The notes under the pieces: generated by a model | Seen by the model: only the letters and a program-made list of their open reading frames with translations | Databases searched by the model: none | What the model was told of the DNA's origin: nothing | Translations under genes and position numbers: made by a program | Source of the DNA: Octopus bimaculoides | Lineage: Eukaryota | Reading direction: 5' to 3' | DNA: 64,000 nucleotides | Assembly: GCF_001194135.2 (NCBI RefSeq) | Contig: NC_068983.1 | Coordinates: forward strand, 53,475,009-53,539,008 | Shown here: positions 27,456-40,375 of the stretch, one piece after another | Layout of the letters: the number at the start of each line of letters is the position of its first letter | Numbering within the stretch: position 1 is the stretch's first letter

Positions 27456-28750
27456 AATGATGATGATGAAATTCTTTATGATCTAAAGCAATTCTGTCTT
27501 CATTATAAAGGGCAAAAAATGTAGATAAATTTCAGTTCATTTTTTCAGAAAACAATTGCCAAATCTCTCAAATCTTTGTGAAAAAACAGAAATTTAAAGC
27601 AATTAATAACTTCTTGACTTCTGGCAGCATTCATCACCATCATCATCATTTAATGTCCACTTTTCCATACTTGCATGCGTCAAACAGAATTTGTTGAGGC
27701 AGATGCCTTTCCTGTTGCTAACCCTCACCTGTTTCAAATCAATGTAATATTTCTTTGTGATCAGACATGTTTTACACAGAAGACTGGAAATGAACAAAAT
27801 TGTTTGTATGATGATGATAATGCTCATTTACAACCATCACATGGTATCTTGACAAGGGTACATACAAACACACCTATACACATACACATACATACAACAA
27901 GCTTCTTTCAGTTTCCAGTTACTAAATTGACTTGCAAGACTTTGGATGGCCCAGTGCTACAGTAGAAGACATTTGCCCAAGTTGTTGTACAGTGAGATTG
28001 AACTGAAAACCACACGGTTGGGAAGCCAGCTTTTTAACTATACATCCATGCCTGTGAGAAATATAAATGTTAGTTCTAAACACAACTCTGTCTCTGGAAG
28101 ATTGTAATAGAAAGTATAAAATAAGAAAATTACCATCCCACTGATCTGAAACTATATTCTATATATTATGATGTTGTATATTGAATCATTTCAATGTGAC
28201 CCGGCTTTGAAGAACCATCTGGTGTATACGACTTAATGGAGACAACATGTTGAGATACAGATTGGATATACTGTTTGATGCCCTAAGGTGACACCTACCA
28301 AAACAACTTGATGTACTGTAATCTTGGCAGCAGAAAGCTTAGTTTGGTTGACAGAAAGCATACCCCAGAATTTTTCTAAAAGTATCTTAACTCACAGTAT
28401 TAATATCAAATCTTGGGAATATTTTGCAGAAAACCATACTTCCTGGTGCTCTAGATTTACCAAGAAACAACATATAACTGATTAAATTAGATTAGTGTAT
28501 TCATTCCTAGCCACAGTTTAATTTTAAATTTTAATTTTCTAGATTAAAATAATATTTTCTTAGTTTAGAATAATATGGTAAATAGATATATATTTATTAA
28601 AGTCTTTTTGCAGCTTCTTTACAAAGACAATATACTTTTACAGTTATTTAATATCATATTTATTCCATCATGCTTTTATTTTATTTTTTTTTATTTCATA
28701 TTACCAAAACTATATATATATATATATATTTTCTTTTTTTTTTTTTTCAG

Positions 28751-28878
28751 AATAACGATGAGAGCACATTTGCAGGCTACGTGTATGATGCAGTCTGGGT
28801 GTTTGCTTATGCTTTGGATAAGTTATTAAAAAGTAACCCAAGTGCATTAGAAGCTCTTCATACACCAGCAACAACAAG
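28751..28878 (+). CDS. VKR: Venus kinase receptor exon (first found): Venus flytrap lobe, NNDESTFAGYVYDAVWVFAYALDKLLKSNPSALEALHTPATT
   Basis: Poly-T tract plus CAG acceptor; AG|GTCAGA donor, phase 2; YDAVW..A.AL motif typical of GABA-B/class C GPCR-type Venus flytrap modules; joins the next exon in frame (AG+T=Ser). Confidence 0.9.
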
Positions 28879-29214
28879 GTCAGATATGATATTTTAATAC
28901 CTTATCTTTTCTTGAAAACAACACCTCATGATGATCATTATGATGATGATGATGGGGAGGGGGATTTAGCAGTGGTGGTGGTGATGATGATGATGCTAAT
29001 ACTGATGAATTGAAAAGCAATTAAGGAATTTAAATTTAAGATTACAGATATATAATAATTTATTTAAGAAACAAACAATTTTGAGGAAGTCTTCCATTTT
29101 TAAGCCATTCCATATGAAGTAGGAATCAATTAACTGCGTCACCCTTTCTCTGTGTGGGGACACATTGTTTGCTTATAAAATTCAGACTCATTCTAATAGG
29201 AAACAGAAAGTATT

Positions 29215-29580
29215 CCTTTACTTGTTTCAGTCATTTGACTGTGACCATGCTGCAGCACCACTTTTAGTCAAAGAAATTGATCCCAGGACTTATTCTTTGT
29301 AAGCCTAGTACTTACTCAGTCTCTTTTGCCGAACTGCTAAGTTATGGGGACGTAAACACACCAACATCGGTTGTCAAGCAATGGTGGGGGGACAAATACA
29401 CACACACACACATATATATATAAGACAGGCTTCTTTCAGTTTCCGTCTACCAAATCCACTCACAAGGCTTTGGTTGGCCTGAGGCTATAGTAGAAGACAC
29501 TTGCCCAAGGTACCACGCAGTGGGACTGAACGTGGAACCATGTGGTTGGGAAGCAAGCTTCTTACGACACAGCCATGCTT
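29215..29580 (-). mobile_element. Family A SINE
   Basis: Colinear with 1684-2098. Confidence 0.85.
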
Positions 29581-29614
29581 GTAATGATAATATTGATAAT
29601 AATAATAACTGTCT

Positions 29615-30394
29615 AATTTGGCACAAGGCCAGCAATTTTGAAGGGTGGAGATTAGTCAGTACCTTGTCACCAGCACTTGTACTTCATTTTATCAACTTGG
29701 GGTGTGGGAGATAAAAAACAAAGCTGGCCTTGGCAAGATTTGAACCAAGATTGTAGAGAGTCAAAATAAATACCATAAGACATTTTGTCTGATGCTGTAA
29801 TGATGTTCCAATCCAGTACCCTTAATAATTATAATAATGGTTTCAAATTTTGCCACAGGGGCAGCAATATGGGGGGGGGGGAGATGAGTCGATTACATTG
29901 ACCCGTCTACTATAGGCACAAAACCTGAAATTTGGTGGGAGGGGATAAGTTGATTACATCAGCCCCAGTGTTTGACTGGTACTTGTTTTATCAACCCCAA
30001 CACGATGAAAGGCAAAGACAGCCACAGTGGAATTTGAACTCAGAATGTAAAGATGGACAAAATGCTGCTAAGCATTATGCCCAGAGGCCTAATAATTATG
30101 AGAAAGGATTAATATTTTTATTGATTATAATTAATAATAATGATAATAATAATAATGATAATAATAATAATAATAATAATCCTTTGTACAAGAGGCACAA
30201 GGCCTGAAATTTTGGGGAAGGGGACTAGTCAATTACAATGACCCCAGTGTTTCACTGGTACCTAATTTATCGACCCCGAAAGGATAAAAAGCAAAGTCAA
30301 CCACGGTGGAATTTGAACCCAGAATGTAAAGAGCCGGAAGAAATGCTGCTAAGCATTTTGACTGACATGCTGACGGTTCTGCCAGCTCACCACC

Positions 30395-30435
<41 letters not shown>

Positions 30436-30870
30436 TCTTTCTAATTTTGGCACAAAGCCAGCAATTTTGGAGAAAGGGGGCAGGTTTATCACATCAACCC
30501 CTGTCCTTGACTACCAGTTGGTCATGGCTGGATTAGATCTCAGAACATAAAGAACCAGAAGAAATGATATTTAACTTTTTCTCTGACATGCTAGCAACTG
30601 TGTCAGCTCACCACCATATCAAGCATAATGTTAATGGGTTTTAATATTGGTAAAAGGCTAGCAGTTCCTTTTAAGGGGAGGATGTTGGCTGATTACAGAA
30701 ACCCCAGTGCTCAACTGGTAGTTTATTTTGTAGGCTCCCAACTGGATAAAGGGAAAAGTTGACCTTGGTAAAATTTGAACTCAGAGTGTAAAGTGCCAGG
30801 AGAGATGCTACTAAACATATTCTCCAATGTGCTTGCAATTCTGCCAGATTGCAGCCTTAATAATAATAAT
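29615..30870 (-). mobile_element. Cluster of about six family C SINEs separated by (AAT)n
   Basis: Repeated GGCACAAGGCC...AATTTT...GGGG...ACCCCAGT...ACTGGTAC...GAATTTGAACTCAGA...CTAAGCATT...CTGCCAG units; another copy at about 24290-24495. Confidence 0.8.
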
Positions 30871-31021
30871 GATAACAAAAACCACAAAATTAATAATGAT
30901 AATAATCACAATTAGTCTCATGTTGAACATGACCGTAATGATGATGTCAAGATTTAACACATGATAGACATGTGTTTCTTATATATGAGACACAGTCATA
31001 TGGTAAACATTTGTTTTCTAG

Positions 31022-31395
31022 TATAGGTGTAAGCATGGTTGCTTCCCAACCACATGGATCCAGGTTCAGTCCCACTGTGTGGCACCTTGAGCAAGTGTCT
31101 TCTACTATAGCATTGGACTGACCAAAGTCTTGTGAGTGGATTTGGTAAACAGAAACTGAAAGAAACCTGTTGTGTGTGTGAGCCTTTGTGTCTGTGTTTG
31201 TCCCTCACCACTGCTTAACAACTGGTATTGGTTTATTTACATCTCCGTAACCTAGCAGTTTGGCAAGAAGAGTGATAAAGTAAGTACCAGGCTTAAAAAA
31301 ATTAAGTACTGGGGTTGATTCATTCAACTAAAAAATTCTTCAAAATGGTGCCGTAGTATGGCCACAGTCTAATGACTGAAACAGATAAAAGATAA
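31022..31395 (+). mobile_element. Family A SINE
   Basis: Colinear with 2671-3035. Confidence 0.85.
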
Positions 31396-31549
31396 TGATG
31401 AGAGTGATTTTTTTCACTTTTACTTTTTACAGGAGATAGGTTTTGTCATCCGTTTTGGAGTAGGTTGACTTATTTTCCATAAGATTCCTCCCATAGAAAC
31501 AAAGTTCATTTGCAGTGGGGTTAATAAAGGGAATTAAGGTGATCCTATA

Positions 31550-31865
31550 CTTTCGGTGCCACGTAAAAAGCATCTGTGCTGGTGTCACATACAAGCACCC
31601 ACATTGGTGCCATGTATAATGTACCCCTGTCAGTGCCACATAAAATTCACCTGTGCCAGTGCCACATATAAAGCATTCATTCTGGAGCAAAAGCAGAAGC
31701 ACCCAGAACACTCAGTAAAGGGATTGGCTTTAGGAAGGACCTCAAGTTATAAAAACCATGCCAAAACAGGAGTGGTGCAGCTCTCCAGCTAGCCAGCTCC
31801 TGTCAAGCTGTCCAACCCATGCCTGCATGGGAAACGGACGTTAAATGATGATGATGATGACGACA
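31550..31865 (+). mobile_element. Family B repeat, 25-bp-subunit variant
   Basis: About 5 copies of GTGCCA(C/T)(G/A)TAAAAAGCACC-like units, then the family B tail. Confidence 0.75.
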
Positions 31866-32679
31866 ATGAAGAAGAAGAAAACAAAGCATGAGGAGGAATA
31901 AGAAACTATATATTACAGATATATATTTCATACTATAGAGAAGAAAAGTTCGATTGAAGCCTTGCAGAATTCAAACTCAGAAATGTGAGCCATCAAGTTC
32001 AATCTGCTAAGAGTATTAAGTGATATTCTCTACAATAAATGTTGTTTCTTTCATATGATGGGATATAACATTTCATTAGTGTTTCCTAATAGAACCAATA
32101 AAAACAAACATTTATGAATATGAATGCTTATAATTGCTTTAATAGCTAATAATACCTTAGGACATAGTTATTATAACAAGTAGTACGTACACTTTTCATT
32201 ATAGTAATAGCGTTGTAAGTAATGTCATCCTGACTACGAAAGATATCAAGGAAGTATATTTCCTTTGCTCAAATTTAGCAGCACTGCATTTTCGACATTC
32301 TACCTAGATATCTTATTAACATCCAAAAATATTGAAAAATTAAACATATAACTATTTTACAGTTAATGTCTTTCTGACAAAAGAAATATGACTTTTCTTT
32401 CATTTTAATTTTCTTTTATTAGCAGTTGCTGTTGAAATTCAAATTGCTGATTAGCTTGTGGGAATTGAAAATAAAAAATAATAATAAAATGAAACTAGTG
32501 CAAATAAAAGAGAAATCTTCTTTAGAAAACCAATTATTAGCTAACTGGGTTATGGTTATTTTCTTAATCTGAGTTCTTGCAGATATACAATTTCATTCAG
32601 TGTTGATTAATATAATTTAATGCTAATTTCATGCATCTCAGAAAGGCTGATAATTATTATTTTCTAACTATTTAATATT

Positions 32680-32730
<51 letters not shown>

Positions 32731-32738
32731 GCTATAGG

Positions 32739-32770
<32 letters not shown>

Positions 32771-32870
32771 NNNNNNNNNNNNNNNNNNNNNNNNNNNNNN
32801 NNNNNNNNNNNNNNNNNNNNNNNNNNNNNNNNNNNNNNNNNNNNNNNNNNNNNNNNNNNNNNNNNNNNNN
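32771..32870. other. Assembly gap (100 N)
   Basis: N run. Confidence 1.
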
Positions 32871-32902
32871 TATATATGTGTGTGTGTGTGTGTGCCTATA
32901 GC

Positions 32903-32970
<68 letters not shown>

Positions 32971-34458
32971 CAGCTTAGGTGGCAATTGCAAGAATAACCG
33001 TGTAGCTTTTATGATGCTTTCAGTAATTGTTTCAAGTGTCAATGTAGTGGTAAGAATACATAGTCAGCCTCTTGATGCACTCAAACTTTGGCCTGTTCAA
33101 ACACTGAGGATGGTCTGCACTAACAGTTAGCTGATACTCATTTTCAGCTATGTACACTGGAACAATGTAAAATGATGTGACATGCACAGGGGCAGAAATT
33201 GAACCCAGTACATTATGGTCATGAACCCGAATCTCTAACTACTAGGCCATTTACATTCATATTTGTGTGTGTGTGTTGGTGTACACACACACATAGAGTA
33301 ATAACCACGAACTGAATGTATAATTTGGATATTACTACATGCATATCAGTATCAAATTTACACACATGATTAAGTATTTACATATATATGTGTGAGTGTA
33401 TGCGCATATGTGTATGTATGTATATGTGTTTGTGTGTGTGTGTGTGTGTGCATGTATAAACAAAATGGGAAAGTACTCAATATTGAAATTAAAGTTGTAT
33501 AATGTATAGGAAGCAGAAATTTCATAAATATTTATAACATCTTCTGAATATTGGCAATGATAATAAAGATTTACCAAGTTTCAACTTCCAATAATTATAT
33601 TCACATAACCCATGAAAAAATTTAATTTTAAGCTAAGGAGTATATATATACTTGTCTCCCCCCCCCCACACACACACACGCACGTGTGTGTGTTTATGTG
33701 TAGATGTGTATTATTGGAAATTAAGCAGTATTGGAGTGTTTGCAAGCATGAACAGACTCATACTTCTGTTTAATTCTATCAGTGAAGAATTCGTGATGAC
33801 ACAGACATGAGAACATCAGTAAATGTGATCCTAAAGTGTTCAGGGAAGGGACCATCATGATGACATGGAGGAACTGACTGGCACCCAAGGCATCACCAGT
33901 AAACATTAGAACAGCTAAAATACAAGGCCCTTCTTGGTTGTGTAGCCCAGTGCAAAACCAGACATGAGTATGCGTTTATGACTTTATATGACACAGCCTA
34001 TAGGAAAGAAAGAGAGGCACTGGTGCAAGCAGATAGAGCATTGGCACTGCAAGCAAACAGTGGCCTGATGAAATGGAAACAGTTACTGAATGGGGTGTTC
34101 CCTAATAGGACATTTGGAAGTGGAAGCTAATATATTACTGGTACTTAGGTGCTGGCTTGGCTGTGTGGTTAAGGATTTCAGATTTCAACCCACTGCATAG
34201 CAACATGGGCTGTATTGGGCTGAAGGGTGCAACAGCAGGCTCAGTTTCTGTTTTGTTCTGTCAGAGAAGAATTCATGATGATACAGGCATAAGTTTACCT
34301 GTTAAAGTGACACCAAAGTGCTCAGTGCTGGGACTACCACAGGGTAACCCCTAAACGTAAAATATCTTCTACACTATTCTTGAGTCATCCAAAGCACTCT
34401 GTTTGAGACTTGCTTCACAGAAACTAAACAGGAACCATTGTACATGTGTGTGAATATG

Positions 34459-34870
34459 CAGGGCCAGATTAAGACCCATAGGGGCCCTAAGCACTTTAAA
34501 GGTTTTGGTGCTCCCATATATATGTAATTAAAAATATAAACAATAAATTATAAACCATAAAATAATTTTTTATTTTTCAAAATACAACAAAACTAACAGT
34601 AAGATGAAAAATAATGTTTGTTTTTGTATATTTTCACTTTATTTATATTTGAAATATTTTCTCCTGCTTTTGATCAGATCCTCAAAATTAATCTTACATC
34701 ACATATTTGCTTCTATATATAGCAGAGATAAAGTGTCCCAAGTATTATTTTAACAACTTTAAGGTGATTTCTTTTGTGTCGTAAACCATTTACCAGTTCT
34801 GTGATGCCCCCACTTCACTTAATGCCCTAAGCTTGTGCTTATTCTGCTTAATGGTTAATCCAATGCTCTG
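34459..34870. mobile_element. Probable non-autonomous DNA transposon remnant
   Basis: Begins CAGGGCCAGATTAAG and ends TTAATCCAATGCTCTG (degenerate inverted match); GCCCTAAGC sub-terminal motif near both ends; no clear TSD. Confidence 0.45.
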
Positions 34871-36766
34871 TATATGTGTGTGTGTAGGTATGTGTTTGAG
34901 TATTTCTCTGTCTTCATATTGTCCCATATGGCAAACACTGTGACAGTCAGTGTTTATTCTGTCATAAACAATCTGTCCCATAGCTCATGATTTCATCATA
35001 TGATAAGTAGAATAAAAAAAAAAGTCCTTACTTGAAAATCAAGGTCTGCAACAGGAAGGGCATCTGACCATTGAGCACTAACTCTTATCTAAGCCACACC
35101 AGCTTAGGAAAAATAAAAACAGAAATAAAAATGGTTGTGATGATAAAGATAACTCCAGACAAGAAGGAAAGGAAAGTGAATCTCAGCAGTATTTGTATTG
35201 AGAATGTAAAGAATTGTAACGAAATACTGCAGGGTATTTTGTCTGGTTCTCTACCTTTTCTCATCTGCAACACCATTTTTCATTATGATTAATAAATAAT
35301 AATTCTATGTCATATTGTTATTGCCTTTAATTGCTTCAAACGTTGTCTATACCTATTAATATTTATTAAACAATGATATAAAGGAAATTACAGCTGGCTA
35401 TGTCTATTGTATATCAACTAAAGTGTCAAGGATTCATATTCCATCTCCAGTGAAGAAATATGTCCTTGCTGGTTCTCAACCTTTTCTAGCTCAATACCCG
35501 CTTTGACCTAATGGGGCTTTACAAAAGCCCTTCACCATGTTTTACCCCCCACCCCAAAGTAGATTATTTAATCTAAGTGAAATTAATTTTACATAATTGT
35601 TTATTACCCATATGTTCTTATCCGACCACATCTAACATGTGCTATGTTTTAGATATTTGTGTGAACTAGCGCCACCTATAACAAATCTTAATGAAATTTT
35701 ACTAAAGGTGTTGAAGGCTTATCCAACAAAATTATATTGGATCTTGGTGTATCAGTCACATTTTTGCTCAATGTTCTACTCCTGTTTTAATCCCAACAAA
35801 GAGTTTTTGAAAATGTATTTAGAATATGAGCATTATATGGTTTAAATATTTTATTTCTGAAACAAAAATTACAGCCCTTTTAAACACTCTGTTCCCTCTA
35901 TATCACCCCTTAACATTTTCCCCTTCTTATCAGCTCATAATTACATCCAAAGGAGTGCTACAGCCCAAATTAAAAATCACCAAACTAGATGTGAGCAGAT
36001 ATTATGTCAAGAACACTCACTGACAGTAAGCCCCATGCCACTTAGGAAAGCACTCACGCCAGTGCCATGTAAAAAGCACCCAGTACTCTCTGTTAAGTGG
36101 TTGGCATTAGGAAGGACATCCTGCCTTAGAAACTATGCCAAAACAGACAATGGGGCCTGGGTAATTCTTCAGCTGGCCAACTCCTGCCAAACCATCCAAC
36201 CCATGCCAGCATAGAGAACAGTTGATGGTGATGGCAATGATGATATATGGAGTAGGTTAATTAGCAATCTCTCTTTTATCCCTTGTTAAATCACTATTAA
36301 ACATTAACTCGTTAATTCTCTATTTCTTGATTAGTCCTGCTTGAACAAAACTAAGGTCTTTGGTCAAATATTTTGGTGTGATCAACAGACCCAACAGTTG
36401 AGAGATTCCATGTTTTTGTCTTGTTTAGGACAACACTGCACACACTAACATTCAGTATTTGAATATGCCAAGTATTGTGTTTGGGGCATTTGCTTCTCGG
36501 CACAGTATGATCCAGTGTATCTGCAAGATTTTTAGGGAGGCCATAGCAGAAGCAGGCAAGCTGGAAATGCACAGCGTGTTCCAAATGACTGGCATATAGG
36601 TACCAATGTAATGAATGCTAATTCAACATCCTAATAATAACAACTAAATTTCCTTTCAGTTACTTATTAACATCTCTAAAAGAGAACAAATGCTTTATGG
36701 GAATAAATTTTGGAGTTTTAACAGCTACTGTATGTGTTAGAGGATGTTACCAGAGACAGAATTTAT

Positions 36767-36966
36767 CCTTTTAGCATTAAAACCAGCCATTTTCTGGTCC
36801 TAATATTCTACTGGTTTTACATTCAAACGAGCCATGTCCTGCCTCTTATTCTAAAAATAAACAATCACATCATCAAAATCTCGAAGCTTTGAGATAATGC
36901 ATGGTTAATTCAAAACAATGAATAAATAAGCATTACATTTGACAGAATAATATGAATGCTAAAGAG
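36767..36966. mobile_element. piggyBac-type MITE, about 200 bp, degenerate
   Basis: Termini TTAT|CCTTTTAGCATT and AATGCTAAAGAG|TTAA, consistent with decayed CCCTTTAGCATT inverted repeats and a TTAA target. Confidence 0.6.
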
Positions 36967-37024
36967 TTAAACAGTTTATTGTGTTTGCTCCTAAACAATT
37001 ATTTTTATCATTAATATTTTTCAG

Positions 37025-37323
37025 TCAGCTAGTACAATACATCAATGAAACCAAATTTGATGGTGTATCTGGCCACATAAGTTTCCAAGGAGGTGAACGC
37101 ATAGGTACAATTAACATTCTACAATATTTTCACAACGAAACCCGTCTCATTGGTCAATATATCCCAACTATCCATAATAATCCTCGCATAAACATCCGTG
37201 GTAGTACACCTCCAGTAGCTTCAGGAAATGAAGAAATAGATAACGGAATTCTTCGGCTTTACAAGAGAAAGGTGCGCTGGCTCTCACCAAATGGGAAACC
37301 TCCTGCAGATGGTAGGCAAAATG
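37025..37323 (+). CDS. VKR: VKR exon: end of Venus flytrap module (QLVQYINETKFDGVSGHISFQGGERIG...VRWLSPNGKPPADGRQN)
   Basis: TTTTCAG acceptor, phase 2; F.GVSG.I.F and W....PP.DG motifs of GABA-B-like VFTs; two N-E-T sequons; donor G|GTTAGT after 37323 (alternative in-phase donor G|GTAGGC after 37311). Confidence 0.9.
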
Positions 37324-37854
37324 GTTAGTTTTCATTTTCAACTATTCTTTATTATTATTATTATTGTTATTATTATTATATGATCTTTAAATTCTTCCAT
37401 TCTGTCAAGAAAGTGATTATAGAATCCTCATTTCTGATATTTAGATATGTGATGTTCCTGAACTAATGATGAAAAATTTTATTGGTCTATTGACTTCAAT
37501 CTTTCTTCCTTTTTTTTCTTTTTTATTTAGTTTTGTTGTTGTTTGTTTTGTAAAATATGTCTGGTTTCAATTCATCAAGCACAGTGTTATTGTACAACTT
37601 GTTTGCATCTGTAGTTAATGTTAATGCCGGAGCCCTCTGTGAAATGTATAGATTTGTCAGTTCAGTTTTATCCCACTCACATATGTACATATAAATACAT
37701 GTCACCTGATGACAGATTGAAATTAAAGATTTCCAAACATATTTTACAAAGAACAAAAAGAAAAAGAAAACATAAAAAAGATGAAACTAACTGTCAGAAG
37801 AACATTATCAACATTGCAAATATTAACTTGACCTAACAACTGAGGCATATAATT

Positions 37855-37864
37855 NNNNNNNNNN
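37855..37864. other. Assembly gap (10 N)
   Basis: N run. Confidence 1.
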
Positions 37865-37902
<38 letters not shown>

Positions 37903-39899
37903 TAGACTACTCCTATTGAGCCAGGATATCATGATACTCATGCTAGAGGATGATTTATTTATAACTCAGCATCACTTTAGTGACCGTGCAAATAACAATG
38001 GTTATCTTAAAATGAATCGATATACAATGTTTGTAAATACTATGTTCCGCTGAGTATACGGTATACCGAATTAAGAGCTGATGATGAGTCTATGATTTAT
38101 ATATCTATCCCATTGCTGCCCTTTATTCATGGCAAATCATTGAACTATGGATAGAGCCATCCATCAACTTATCTATAAATGGCTAACTTAAAATGCTTTG
38201 CGACTCATAAAGTAGAATGAGATCTTTAAATCAATGAGATTTTCATAAAAATATAGTACCAAGTTCATCCTCAAGTATAGGTAGGGGGTAGGCTCAGATA
38301 AGCTACTCCAGTGTATTTTTCTCGAGAGAGCACGGTATTGGAGAGATGACGTGTATATTAACCTAACTACCCACGACATCTTTGACGGAATATATCATGT
38401 TGATGAAGAGGAACAGTAACAATGACAGTAACAGTCGTTTGGACCAGAAAGTCTGATTAATTCTCTCGGGAAACATCGATAATAACTTTAACTCTATTAA
38501 TTTGTCAGTGTATATATTAAATAGAGTGCAATTATTCCGAGATATATTTCAATATATGACGTTCTTGATGGTCATTTATTAATCTTTATATACACATGTG
38601 TGAGTATGTATGTATCTTGGGAGGGAGGGGGGAGAACCGTGTCCATGGATGTATTTGAAATTTTTGTGTGTGACTGTGAAGCTGGCAAGTCACTGTATCA
38701 CTTTATTTTCTAAATGGATGTGACTTCTGAGACTACAATCATTTAAATTGATTACTTTTACTCCCCGTTACTTGAAGTTTCTTCCTAGAGAGGCAATCAT
38801 GAAAAAGATCTCATTCGTCCAAAACATATCCAGAGTTATCACTATGTCTCGCAAATGCCTCTTTATTTCAATTAATCAGGACTCTTGTGCATCAACTCAT
38901 TTTAACAATTTCCTGTTTGTTTTTTTAATTGTCAGTCTTGCCTTTGTTTGGCTTTCTTAAGCATTGTTCAACAATATTTACCTCTTTCTTAATATTATTA
39001 CCACCATCTCAGTTAATTAGTTACTGTACTTGCTACATTATCACTTAATTCAGTACATGTGATTTTTTTTTTTTTCCTAAGCTGTCAGCCTTGCCATTTT
39101 GGTGGGTTTCCTTAATCATTCTTCAAACGTATTTATCTCACGTTAATATCAGTATATTCCCAATTAATTAAAGTTATTGTATTTGTTACATTATCACTTG
39201 ATTAAAATTCACACACACACACACACATATATAAACATGCCAATGTACATTTATATACGAACACACACTCCTGCATACATATATGTGTGCATGCATGCAT
39301 GTATATATACCTGTTTGGGTGTGGGTTGTGTTATAAATGATAAGAGCATTGAGATTCTGTTTTAGAAATACCATTTTATGCGTTTCTGATTCAATGTTTG
39401 GACATATACATATGCAAAAGTAGGGCTCTTTAAGAGACTAAATCAAATATAGTTTTGAAAACAGAGACAAAAATGATCAAGTTAAATAGTTCAGAGAATC
39501 CATACTGCTCTAATTATAACTTATATGATTTATATTTATGTAATATATTATGATATTTAACGACCATTTTGTTGCTGGGAGGTTTTTTTTTTGTCTTCCA
39601 AGTATCGACTCTGCTATCATAGGGAATTGCAAAATCTATGATCATACAATGTTTGTTTATTTTTCCCTCTATAATCATGTCTGGTCTTCTTGTCTCAACA
39701 GTGTTACAGGGGTTACAGAGTATCTGAATGAATTATTGTGTCATCATCATAATGGGGGTGGATGGGAGAGCACATCGATGAATACAATGAAGTGAGATAA
39801 GAGTTTGTGAGTTCCGTACATTGTATTAGAATCTTAGAATTAGTTTCCCTGGGGAGACCAAGTTTAGCTGTGTTAGATGAGTAGCCAAGCACAACTCCC

Positions 39900-40375
39900 A
39901 CTGCCTCCTCCTTTTCCTCTCTCCCTATTCCTCCAGCACAACCTCCTCTTCCACCCTTCCTCTTCTTCTTCCACCTCCACTCTTTCTCCTCCCCCCTCCA
40001 ATTTCCCTCCTCTTCCACCTTCACCCTCTTCCTCCTCTCTTCACCTTTTGCTCCTCTAGTTCCCCTCCTCTATTCCTCCTCTTCTCCACTATTCACCCTC
40101 TTCCACCTCTGCCTCCTCTCTTCTTTTCTGTCTCCCCTCTTCCACCTCCTCTGCTCCATTCTTCCTCTTCTGCTCCACTCTTCCTCTTTCACCTCCACTC
40201 TTCTTCCTCCTCTTCCCCCTCTCTCCCCCTTCTGCTCCTCTACTCCCCCTCCTCTATTCCCCCTTCTGCTCCACTATTCTCCCTCTTCCTCCTCTGCTCC
40301 ACTTTTCCCCCAGCTGTCTCATCTCTTCCTCCTCCTCCACCGCCTCCACTCTTCCTCCTCCTCCTTATTCTTGCT
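39900..40375. repeat. Polypyrimidine (TCC/CTT-rich) low-complexity tract
   Basis: About 470 bp almost entirely C/T on the + strand. Confidence 0.9.

Noticed and set aside
28751-37323. Calling these exons a GABA-B receptor or receptor guanylyl cyclase
   Set aside because: They splice in phase to a single TM helix and an intact tyrosine kinase, not a 7TM or cyclase domain.
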